DNA from: Tubiluchus corallicola
Lineage: Eukaryota > Animalia > Priapulida
NCBI GenBank assembly: GCA_030141605.1
Contig: JAQGDQ010000181.1
Coordinates: 1 to 64,000 of the forward strand
Direction: 5' to 3'
DNA length: 64,000 bases
In this document: in pieces, positions 37,430 to 49,169 of the stretch
How positions within the stretch are numbered: position 1 is the first letter of the stretch
Layout: the number at the start of each line of letters is the position of its first letter
Notes under the pieces: model-generated
What the model was told of the DNA's origin: nothing
The model's database searches: none
Seen by the model: only the letters and a program-made list of their open reading frames with translations
Made by a program: the position numbers and the translations under genes

Positions 37430-39025
37430 GTTTCAATATTCACTACTTGTGTTAGACTGAACAGTGCATAAAGTGTACGAATGTATGCAATTGCCTTTTA
37501 TCATATCTGTAGACCACAATGGTGACGAATAATACGAAACAAACTAACTTTCGGGGTCGACTAGAATAGCCTGAGCAATAGTACGGTGTGTACTTGTCTG
37601 CTAACTTAAGCAACGCCGAACCTCAGATAAATAATTGGATGACTGCCGGAAAACGTCTACTTTGTTTCATCTACGTGACTATCTTCGGCTATTTGAAGCC
37701 TATTTCTGTTAACGAGAAAGAATATATAAAGTGCATTACTCATGCGTACGTTGTTTGGCAGGTTCGATATCTTTTGTTTACCAAGTTGACTAACAATTGC
37801 GTTAATGTATGTGCTACTTACTGGATGTTATTGACAGGTCAGCTAGTATTTCGTGAAAACAAATCATTTTCAATAGTAAAGACATGAAAACTTCAATTCG
37901 TTCATGCAGCATTTTTACTATAATGGCGGGATTAATGACACTAGGGGCGATACAGTCGTCGACAGATTTACATAGGCCTAGGGAATGACTGGAAATTTTG
38001 AATTGTGAATGATAACCTAAAAGTATCAATCTTGGTTTTTCCAATTTGGTATTGTGCAAACTGCTTTAATAAACGTTTCTCAAAACTTTAGCAGCTTTAA
38101 GAAGAAGTTTGCTAGGCAGAGCAATTAATGGTCTCGCATATGTCTTTTGCATCCCTATAGCTGCCAACAAGCCGGAACTATATTGCCAAATTGGAACTGA
38201 TAATCAATCCTTGCTAGCTTGCTGGGTAAGGTGTAATGAAAACTATGATAAAAACAGAGCTGTTCTACAGTTGCTGTTGTTGTGGTCGTCGTCGTCATCT
38301 TTGTTGTTGTTGTTGTTATTGTTCTTGTTGTTCTTGTTCTTGTTCTTGTTCTTGTCGTCGTCGTCGTCGTCGTCGTCGTCGTGGTGGTGGTAGTGGTTGT
38401 TGTTGTTGTTTGCATACGTATACGCACAGAAATCTAATTTAGCAAATAATTCAATTGATAGCTTTAAACGTAGCTTACAATGATAGATTTATTTCACAAC
38501 TCTGCACAATTTTTATGGATACTGGTGTAACAATAGTTATTGTAACAGTGATTACATATGGCAAGCAGCCTTTAATCTGCTAAATAAATATGCAAAATCT
38601 TCAGAAACACTGGCAAATAATACAAGTTTCTTCTTAAGCGTCCATTTAATTTTTATTGTTGTTGCACTGCAACTGATTTATACAAACAAATCAACTTTGT
38701 GTCTGACACCCACTGTTTGCTAGAGGTAACAATAAAATAGTAACTAACTTTGATTTTTTGGTATGTAATCTTGGCACGATCTTTGTATAACAATAGATGA
38801 CATTCAAAAATACAACTGCTTGGCTAGTATTGCATCTGAAAGACTGGTACTGCTTGAATCACAACTGTTTGTTGTGAATCACGGAAATATAAGTAAGCAC
38901 TAAGCAGATATAAGCACAGATAATGGTAATTTGAAAAAGAGAACTTCTTCTTTGCGGACTTCTTCAATAAATTTTGTTGCTTCTTATTGATGTTATACTA
39001 ATATTTAAGCGCTCATCGAAACTTT
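37430..39025 (+). repeat. Segmental duplicate of the GPCR upstream region (44145-45945)
   Basis: Collinear similarity, including a 42-nt near-identical block, a microsatellite at the same relative position, and the terminal tcttattga.gt.atactaatat..aagcg.tcatc.aaac. Confidence 0.85.
38272..38410. repeat. (GTT/GTC/TTC)n microsatellite
   Basis: Visible directly. Confidence 0.93.
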
Positions 39026-39029
39026 CTAC

Positions 39030-40425
39030 AGAAGCATTCTAATACCAATTTTTAAGAAAGGCAAGGAGACAACAAAGCCAATTGTCGCCCAATAAGTCTT
39101 ACTTCAGGGATTTGTAAATTGATGGGAGTGATCATCAGGAATGAAATCTATGAACACTTGCAACACTGGAACTTGTTTTCAGATTCTCGTTTTGGCTTTA
39201 TCCATGGCAGTTCTTGTGTTCTCAACTTGTTAGAATGTCTAACCGACTGCCAGGAGACTGTTGAGCAAGGACTTGATGTAGGCGTAATTTACTATGATTA
39301 ACAAAAAGCATTCAACAAGGTCCCCCCACAAACATTTGTTAGTAAAACTTGAGGCTTATGGTATTTGTGGCTATTTGTTGTAATAGGTACGAGATTTCTT
39401 AACAGCTCAGTGTGTACGGATTAACCATGTCCTCTATCATTGAAGTCAAAAGTGGGGTGCCACAAGGCAGCATGTTAGGACCATTGCTTGTTGTATTAAA
39501 TGTTAACAACATTCATGACAATGTGGCTTCGACGGTCAAAATGTTCGCTGGCGATACTAAAATCTATCGGCAAATTGTATTTTATGTTGGTTCAGATACA
39601 CTGCAGAATGACGTCAAGACTTTGGGTGCTTGGTCGCACAATTGGCTAATGCCATTCGACAGCAATAAGTGTAAGGTACTCCATATAGGCAAAAACTCCA
39701 ACAATTTTCTATATGCTATGCTCGACAACAATGGGCAACTTGCGCTTATTACTACTTCTCAAGTACAAAAAGATCTTGCTTTCTACATCAATGGCTCACC
39801 ATCCTTCTAGGAACATATTGATTAATTAAGTCTACAAAGGTGCTCGAAAACGGCTGTAGCCTATTCACAGGGCATTCACATACCTAGACAGCGATATGTT
39901 TTTAATCCTCTACAAAACCTTTGTGCGGCCAATAATGAATTACGTTGACGTAATATGGTATCCAGCTGAGTTAGAACACATCAGAAAGGTAGAACCCAGT
40001 CCATCCAGGGACAAGCAACTAAGCTGGTATCAGCATTGCATGACCAATCATATCCCGAACGCATGCAGAGGTTAAAACTCACATCACTCAGATACAGAAA
40101 AAACGTAAAGATATGTTAACCACATTTCGAATTTTCAACAATGGTACCAAATTAAATTCTGAACATTACTTTCAAGTCAACTATAGGGGTGATGGGCTTA
40201 GATGTAATCCTAAATGGCACAAGAAAAACCGTTTCTCTTTCAGTGTCATCGATGATTGAAACAAGTTGGGGACATACGTTAAGTAAATGCCACTTCTACA
40301 TTTCTAGCGAACTAACTAGAGATAACTTTTTTGTTTGCACCTGTAACTAGTTAGGACTCAGATGGAAATTATGAGCAAAAAGCTAGATAGTTTCGCCCTG
40401 CACATCACAGGTATTTCACCAGGTC
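39030..40425 (+). mobile_element. 5'-truncated degenerate CR1-type LINE (RT domain to 3' end)
   Basis: Motifs LIPIFKKG, NCRPISLTSGICKLM, GFIHGSSCVLNLLE, KAFNKVP, SGVPQGSMLGPLL, MFAGDT (YADD-like), WLMPFDSNKCKVLHIG and LYKTFVRP, with stops and frameshifts. Confidence 0.9.
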
Positions 40426-43400
40426 TGAGAATCAGTAATTACTATTGTAATGAGTAACATAATACCAGCGGAATACATCATATCGGTTCCAAACAAAAGA
40501 TAACCTTGTGAGATCTGAACTGAAGAGATGATGTGGGTCGAACGTTACGGAAGTGCAGGAGTTGCATAGATGAAATAATGTGAAAATTATAGAGAATAGA
40601 AGCATGAGAAGATCGGATTTTTCATAACAATGATAACTTTTAATAAATAATAATCAAAGAGCTTTAGCAAACAGCAAGACAACATGTGAAAGTAGGAAAC
40701 GGACATACCTAAAAAAATAATTAAAGCCACCAGTTATTCGAATCATCTATTTTCTACTTCAGCCACTTTTTTCTTCTTCTTTTTTCGTCTGCTTCTTTTT
40801 AGGCATAGTTTCATCCATGGAGGCAGGCTTGAAATTGGGCAACCTTTGTGGAAATGTTTTATGCCACACAACCTTACCCTATAAATACACGCGTCACGAT
40901 ATTTCCTAGATACTAGGATCGTGAGGGGAAATTGTCAGTGTCTCCATTTCGTGTTTGACAGGAGATACATTTTACACAGTTTTGAGAGTTCTGCCATTTT
41001 CAATAGCGGTCATTTTGAATTTGACAGCTAACAGCCAGAAATGTCAAATCTGACTTCCCGCCACATCTAAAATGAATTATTGTGATACCCATACCTACGT
41101 TAGAAATTTCATATTTTTCTCAAAAATGCACAATTCTTATTCTTATATTCTTTATATCTTATAGGTGACAATCCTGCCATAATCATTAAATCGCCAAGTA
41201 CATGCGCTGTTCACTTTCAGAATTCTGATCTCCAGTTTAAAAATTTGTCATCGAATCTTTTAAAAGTTAGAGCCAAAGACAGTAAGAATGAATAATCTTA
41301 ATTAATTTTGTTTTTTTTCTCTTGTGCGTGTATTGGTGCTCTTCATAAGACACTGCTTTCTTCTTATGCCTAACCGTTGTAGCTGTAAATGGGTTTCTGT
41401 AAAGAATGTTCGTGAGCATGCGCCCCAGTGTCGCGCACATTGTTTCTAGCCGACCAATCAACGAATGACATCCGTCATCTTGTCGAAAATCACCCATTTT
41501 CCTGCTGTCGCTAGATGTGAAAGCCCACCTTCTTGCCACCCACTACTAAAGTAGGAATGTAATTTTTGGGTGAACTTTAGGTTTAGGTACTTTTAACATT
41601 GCAGTGTTTTTCTGTAATGTGGAATTTTTATATACAATGTACCACTGTACATTGTTGAAACTGCTTTACTAGACGTTTGGTATAATTTTGTTTGTAGTAT
41701 TGCAAACAATGCTTTATTATGTTTGTAATCATAGACGCAAGCAATACTGTGATTAGTATAGTCACGTATTTGGTTCGCCCTAGCTTTTTTGCCTTGCTAT
41801 GGTGAATGAATTGTCATTTTAGTAAATGACCTCATTTTGTCAACTAATTTCATTCTTGGTGCCCATGCAAAAAACTAGTCAGGTTCAGCCAACTTTACGT
41901 TTAGGTGGGTTTTATGAACATTAGCTTACAAAAATACAATTTTAAACACCGCATTTTTAAAAATTGGTGAAAATAAAACATATAAATTACAACTAAATTA
42001 TGTCTTATGCAAAAGCATATATTCGTTGTCATTTTGTTAAAATTTTCATGCCTTTTGGCTTTTAGTTTTTTGTTTTATTAAAGAATTTGCAGATAATGCG
42101 TTTTAGACGACCAGACGTCTCTATTATAAAATTATAATCTACTGCAGAATATCATTGAAAGTTGAAAGCTACTCACAGTAACACCTTTTTTTAACTTTCT
42201 GGATTATCACAGGCATGAGCTGTGCCATATTAAAAATTCAGTGATATTTAATACAAAAATGCCAACATTTACTAGTGATTTGCAGCAATGATTAGAGAAA
42301 ATTTTCTGCTTGTTTTCCGCCAAATTGCAACTCACTTTTTATCAGTACCAGTGTGAAAAGGGGCGTTGATACCTGTGGCGCATCTCGGAGGCTGATCCAT
42401 CCTAGTTCTCTCGACGCTACGACGCATACTGCCCGTTTTCCATCACAGTCTAGTGCTCCAAGCTTCAGACATGAAGCCATGCAAAAGCCGCAGCGGTCTG
42501 GCAGAGAAAGTTGATTGGTGTTGTTCTGTTTACACGTACATGTGGTTTATCTAAAGTCACTAAGTGATAACAGTCATCGCACCGCCCGTGGAAAAATTTT
42601 CTATTCTGGCAAATTATTTGTGGTAGTGACGGTAGAAAGGTGATCAGCGTATATTGTACAATGCTTGTGGCAGTGTAGTTTTTCAGGAATTTTGCTTAAT
42701 AATTTGCATACCTCAATGGTAGGACTTATTATGTCATTAGTGGAATTATAGGTACGCTTTAATAACAAGGGTAAAACTTTTCACTTATGGTTTTATAATA
42801 GGCCTAAGTAACTTGTCAGACACTTAAACACTGCTATATTTACATATCGATATATTTATATTTAATGATATTGACTATGTAAACATGTTAGATAGTGGAT
42901 ATGAACAGTTGGTTTATGTTATAGAAAAACTGCAAATATAGTTGCCCTGGAAACTATAGTTTCTTTCAAGTTCTTCCAATGAACAAAAGCGCGTCACTGT
43001 ACCACAATATACTACCTTGTCGTGACATAACAAAAATTTCGCAAAGGTTATGCAAAAATTATTTATTTATTAAAGACCTACGTAATTTAAAAAAATATGA
43101 AAATCAACCATGTAAACTAGTAAATGTTGTTTGTTTTTGTGTAGTCTAGATACAGGTGTTAGCCATAAATAAGCCATGTTACTTTTTCGTTACGTTGCCA
43201 CAAAATATTCTAGAAATATCAGAAATGCCAAAGCAGCTCTTTTTTCAAATGTACATTTTTTACACTTTGTTCTAATTTCTTAGTAGTTAAATATAAAAGA
43301 AAAAACTCGTTTTTACTTGTTTTTTCCTGTTTTTTATCGTGACTGGGAATTGGCTCCCCCCCCCATTTTCTTTTCATATCAATCTTTAAGAGACCTTGTT

Positions 43401-44879
43401 CACTGCAGAAGAGAAATTTATTCTTTTTCCTTCATCTTAAACTCCCACAGAAGAATGCGATGTATCAACATCTTGCATCGATTTTGTACAAACAGAAAAA
43501 ATAAAAGATCAGTCGTCAGTCAATTAAGAACACAAAAACTCAATTTAGAAAACGACAAGCTTAGCTAATATTTCTGAAATTGATGTCAAGACATCTCAAT
43601 AACCGAAGGCTTAGACAGAAACAAGGCTTACTGTCAGCAATGTTTTAGTTCAAACTTGCAAAAAGTTTATGCTTAGATGTGTTAAATTGAAAAATCTGTT
43701 TACACCAGACGTAAGCCATGACTCTTGATTAATCTAACTGGGCTTCTCTACATGATTACACATTGAGTTTACACCAACTCAGTTTCAACAGCAGAATTAT
43801 TATTCATTGTGAAGGGTGAACGAACTTAAGTCCTTAAGATGTTCAAATTAGCGCCATTAGTTACTAGCCCTAATTATCAGTGGGTTTAATCTTCGAAACA
43901 AAAAATCAAAGAAACTTGATATCACTGTACAGTGTTCACAGCAGCCGCGTTTACGTACTGCCGCACACAGAGGGCGCTCCAAAAAATGTTTGTGCTTATT
44001 GTATTTAAACTATGGTATCCAATACGAAGTTCTGAGTTAGCCATTGCAGTGCGCATTTTTCTTAGGTAATATGCTTCATTCTCGCCAATAAAAATACGCC
44101 TATTATTATAAAAATTATTGAATTCTTTCACCTAAAAAATGCTGTTTTCTTCATGTTCACTACTTATATTCAACTGAATGGTGTACAAAATGTTTTCATG
44201 TTTGCAAATACCTGTAGGGCACAGTGGTGACAAACAAACAAACGGCGAGCCGGGTTTCAGTGTCGAGTAGAACAGCTAAAGCAATAGTATGGTGTGTGCT
44301 TGTCTACTAAGTTAAGCAACACCGAGCCTGGTTAATAAGTGAATAGACGACGGCCGGGAAAACCGCTACTGCGTGTTTCATCTATGTGACTATCTTCGGC
44401 TATTTGAAGCCTATTGCTGTCGTTGAGAAAAGATGTATGCATTCGTCCGGACATAGTTTAGCAGGTTCAATGTCTTCTGCCTAGAGAAACAATTACGGTA
44501 ATCTATATGCTACTTACTGGCTGTTAGTGACAAGTTAGCTTCCTGAATATAGATAATTTTCAGTAGTAAAACCCCGAAAACATTTTTCGCGCGGCATTTT
44601 GAGCGAATTATGGCCGGGTATAATGGCATTTGGTCGTCGACGGACATACATAAGCCCTTGGTTTCCTGTCTGTGCGTGACTGAGGAATTTTGAGTTTTGA
44701 TAATGAAGTTGCCAGTTCGAATCTTGTTTTTTTGTTTTGTCTTTGAGGAACGTGCACTACTAAACATTCCACATAACTGGGTTTGCTGGGTAGATGAACA
44801 AAACTGTAGAGTTGCTTGAAAGGAACTGTTAATCCACCTCTTAGCTGTCAAGTACTACCAAGAAAAAAATTAGAACTGT

Positions 44880-45170
44880 TTTTGGTTGTTGTTGCTGCTG
44901 CTGTTGTCACTGTTGCTGTTGTGTGTTGTTCTTGCTGTTGTTATTGTTGTTGTTGTTGTTGTTGATGATGATGATGATGATGAGGATGATGATGTTGTTG
45001 TTGTTATTGTTATTAGAACTGTTTTTGGTTGTTGTTACTGCTGCTGCTGTTGTCACTGTTGTTGTTGTTATTAAAACTGTTTTTGTTGCTGCTGCTGTCG
45101 TCATTGTTGCTGTTGTTATTGTTGTTGATGATGAGGATGTTGTTGTTGTTGCTGCTGCTGTTGCTGTTGT
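44880..45170. repeat. (GTT/GCT/GAT)n microsatellite with internal block duplications
   Basis: Visible directly; the (ag)aactgttttt(g)gttgtt blocks recur three times. Confidence 0.93.
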
Positions 45171-46123
45171 GCAAGTATCAGCATAGAAACCTAATTTGGC
45201 AAATAATTCAATTTAAAGCTTAAAGCTGTGACTCACAGTGACGAGATTTATTTAAGTATGCTGCCACTGTTTATATAGGCTCTGGTGACTTCGTTTCTTG
45301 TTAAGCTTCGGTTTCCCAGTCATAAATCTGTATCTTACAGTGGTTCGTGGTTCGACGCATGGCATGATCAAAAAAGTGACTGAAAACATGGTTATTTACA
45401 ACAAATGTTATTGCAACTGTGATTGCACATATGACAAGCAGCCTGAAATCTGGTGCAAAATCTTCGGAATCTGTTGTTTGGTAAACAATACAAGTTGTTT
45501 CTTCACCGCCCATTTAATTTTTATTATTGTAATTTGTCACACTGCAACTGATTTGTGCAAATAAATCATCGATACCTGTCATCCACTCTTTGCCAGAGGT
45601 AACAAGAAAGTAGTAACCAAATTTTACTTTTCAGGTATATAATTTTGGCAAGATCTTTGTATAACAACAGATGACAACATCAATTATACAACTGTTGGGC
45701 TAGTATTGCGTCTGAAAGCTAGTATTCCTTAATTTGTTTGTTGTGAATCACGGAAAAACTGCTGATGTGTATGTATAACCTCAACAGATTGTTTACACAA
45801 CACAGTGAGCCCAATGTACACTGACATAGATATAAGCACAGATAATGGTAAGGCAAATAAGAGAACTGAATCGCGGGCTTCTTCAGTGAACTTCGTTGCA
45901 TCTCTTATTGACGTCATACTAATATGCAAAGCGTTCATCAAAACCTAATAAACCAGCAGAGACAACATCATTGACATTTGAACAGGCACAGTAACATCAC
46001 GTCAGGAAAGCTCTAGTGGTCCTTGTTTCCGGGACTGCAGGCAATCATATACATGCCGCCAAGATGGACACACTTTTCTATCTTGCTGTAAATGTGTATT
46101 AGTGCGTTCTCAAAAATATCGAA

Positions 46124-47236
46124 ATGAATAACAACTCCAGTGTGAAACTAAGTGAAGCAGATAATATCCTGCCAGTGAACCACAATGTCCTTTTGATCAC
46201 AGTATTATTATTCCTCATTAATTTTGCAGTTGTGTTTGGCAACCTACTCGTAATCATCAGCATTACCACGTCAAAACAGCTGCAAACTCTTCATAATTAT
46301 CTAATTCTGTCGCTCTCGATGACAGACTTCCTTCTGGGGTTATTCGTCATTCCGTTTCAAGCGGTTAGTACCGGTACTGGACGCTGGCCATTTCTGAAAT
46401 CATACTGCGCCATGCACTTTGCGCTAGATGTACTGCTTTGCACAGCTAGCATTTTACACTTATGCGTTATTGCAATTGAGAGGTACATCGCAATTGTTTA
46501 TCCTACAAGGTATAAAACGTTCGTACGGACGATAGTACCATTTGGAATTACTTCGTCATGGGTCATTTCTGCATGCCTTGCCCAGATTGTGATTTTCTTT
46601 CCCTCGGCATGGCACAATGCATATTGGGAAGCTGGAGGCGTTTATGATCTAGACGGCGTGTGCATAACACCAGTGAATTTCAACTTTGCCTTTTTCTGTG
46701 GCTTGTTTGCCTTTTACATTCCGGAAATACTGATGGTGGGCGCCTACGGACGCATGTACGTGATCCTAAAGAAACAGTTTCAACGTGTTTCTCATACGCG
46801 TTTTCATCAAGACATCAGCACCATCCATGACATCCTAACGAGCCAGACGTATAATGGTTTCCCGCCAGGTGCCGAATACACCTTCCCAATGTCAACAATT
46901 ACAAAAAAGAGTCTCCAAAAAGAGGCAGCGTCAATGAAACTCATGGTGCTTGTTTTGTCGTCTTTCGTCGTCCTTTGGCTGCCGTTTTCCATCGTGAATC
47001 CCATTGCGGCACTCTGCCCAGAAGTGCCTGGAGGACTGTTCCTGTTTTGCACCTGGTGCGGATATGCAAACTCTCTGGTCAATCCGATACTGTATGCCAT
47101 GTACAACAAAGAGTTCAGACGAGCATTTCTGGGTTTGATTTGCAATCGCTGGTGTTTCTATTCCTACACGAGTCGCGTTACTGACGTTAGTATGAATACA
47201 CGAGAGGCACGTTCAAGCTTAGACATACTTTCATGA
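46124..47236 (+). CDS. Intronless class A aminergic GPCR (5-HT4/TAAR/H2-like orphan), 370 aa
   Basis: Seven hydrophobic segments with GNLLVI, LSLSMTD, GRWPF, LDVLLCTASILHLCVIAIERY (Asp3.32; ERY in place of DRY), AFYIP, WLPF, GYANSLVNPILY and NKEFRRAF. N-terminal glycosylation sequons are present. Confidence 0.95.
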   Translation: MNNNSSVKLSEADNILPVNHNVLLITVLLFLINFAVVFGNLLVIISITTSKQLQTLHNYLILSLSMTDFLLGLFVIPFQAVSTGTGRWPFLKSYCAMHFALDVLLCTASILHLCVIAIERYIAIVYPTRYKTFVRTIVPFGITSSWVISACLAQIVIFFPSAWHNAYWEAGGVYDLDGVCITPVNFNFAFFCGLFAFYIPEILMVGAYGRMYVILKKQFQRVSHTRFHQDISTIHDILTSQTYNGFPPGAEYTFPMSTITKKSLQKEAASMKLMVLVLSSFVVLWLPFSIVNPIAALCPEVPGGLFLFCTWCGYANSLVNPILYAMYNKEFRRAFLGLICNRWCFYSYTSRVTDVSMNTREARSSLDILS

Positions 47237-49169
47237 GTTCCTAGCACTTCTATCAAAGTATGTAAACTTAACGATTTCATAATATTTTTAACAAATTGTG
47301 TGTTATTATCTGCAGATGCAGTTTTACACTAGTTGGGCGAACTAAAGAAGCAAAATGCATTTTCTGTCTTTTCTTATCGTTTAACTAAAGCTTTGAAAAA
47401 CGCCATGTTTATTCACACTAGGACTTTTGCAAAGCATTCTGGGAGATGACTCTAGTCAAACAGTTGATGACTGTTCAGTCAATCAGAATGAAATACATCA
47501 AACATTTTATTTATTTTTAAGATTTGAGAACAGATTTTCATGCTGTAGCGGTGACACCTCAAGTGACTCATTGCTCATCTTGCAAAGGTCGAGTCCCAAA
47601 CATATTGCTAAAATAACGTATCTTAGGCCTGGTTTGTAGTTCGTCTATTTTTTTTTGTAAACATCCACAATGACATGACATTTTAATCCATTTGTAAAAC
47701 TAAATCCAGGCTTTAAGGATTTTTTATAACTGAAATTAACTGGATAAATAATCACAAACACTGACATAACTAAATTGGGATTTTCAGGAGCGTGGCCAAT
47801 CCACACCTCGATCATTCTGTCAACCGAAAAAGCAAAAACCTACTTAGAATTCTGTGATTTATGTGATCACATGTTGTATATTATTATGTTTTTTATTAAA
47901 TAATAATAATGTCAATTACAATGTACTTACAATTTTAGCAAAATGGACCGCTTAACGTGCGTAGAAATGGACGAGCATAAGCTAGGCATTGTTAAGCACT
48001 GTTAACGTTAAACATTCACATATTAAAATGCAGTTCTCATTGATCGTTAGCATTCCACAAAAATCTCCTCTAAAATGAAATGGCAAAGTTAACGTTTTAT
48101 TGTTTCATGTTTGTTTGTTTGGCAAGCAGTTTCTATTGTTTGATTTCCTTCTGCTCCCCGTGAAGGTACAATTTGTTTGTAGTATTGGTTTACAGCCTTG
48201 TTCTACAAGTGTTACTTTGTTTATGTACTGTGTATGTGCGTGTAATTTCTACTCTGTATATATAAATATGTCAAATAAATAACGTAAGCAATGTGTATTC
48301 ACATGTGGTAAGAACGATTCCTCTGTAAACATTCAACTACGTAGTTGTTACTAAACAAGTAAATAAAAATGTGTAACAAAAATTTGTTATTTTGCATAAA
48401 CATAATGTAATTATTTAAGTGAGGCCATTTTGACAGGTCTTTCATAGCTTCTTTAAGTTATTACAATTTTTAATCCTCAACCACTAATATATAGTAAACC
48501 CCTTCACGTACAATGCATATGAATATTCATTACCAAAAAAACAATAAACTCGAACAACAAATATTTAGTAATTCGGTTGAAAAGACCAAAATAGTTAGTT
48601 AGTTAACAGCTTGTTTAGTAAATAATTACTTACATATACAAAATATTAAGGAATGAACAGATGACAAATTTCCTTAGATAATTGAAAAGTGCTTACCACA
48701 AAAACATTATTACTGAAAAGCAGTCTCCTTATTCAATATACAAATCAATGTTTCAAAATATTCGCACCTAAACCATTTAATCGAACAAACACATTTATGA
48801 AATACGGAACAGTCGAGTATTTTGCTGACTGATTTACCATCTACCTACAGGTAGATTTAGTTACCTAGGCTGAGATATAGAGCATCGGGTCTTGAAAAGG
48901 GTAAATTCAATTATATGTTCAACTGTCATCTGCAATCTGATTTAGCTTTCATTAAATCAATGGAAAGTATAATTTCTCTATAATTACATATTGTGACTGT
49001 TATCTATCTCATAAATTTTAATAGTCAATTGGTGAATAAGTTTATATAATTACACCACAGCCATTGTCATTGACATTTCCACTAAATATGCCATATATAT
49101 CAAAGTAAGTGTTGCATTTTCCACAAAATGATCTTGTTATTCGTTCATGAAAAATCCCGTGGTTCTCAA

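Noticed and set aside
35749-39810. Functional reverse transcriptase or retron-like system
   Set aside because: Both RT regions (35.0-36.3 kb and 39.0-40.4 kb) have stops, frameshifts and a deleted or mutated YADD; they are ordinary dead LINEs.
44886-45223. Poly-Leu/Val membrane peptide ORFs (also 38109-38442)
   Set aside because: Microsatellite translations within the duplicated non-coding segment.
46807-47145. Antisense ORFs within the GPCR (likewise 31277-32659 in the Ig gene and 62784-63329 in Cux)
   Set aside because: Shadows of the sense coding frame with no independent motifs.
6641-47236. Operon-like amine/chemosensory gene cluster (IR, methyltransferase, GPCR)
   Set aside because: Neighbourhood alone is weak evidence in an animal genome; strands are mixed and no shared motif is visible. 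It would need synteny and co-expression data.
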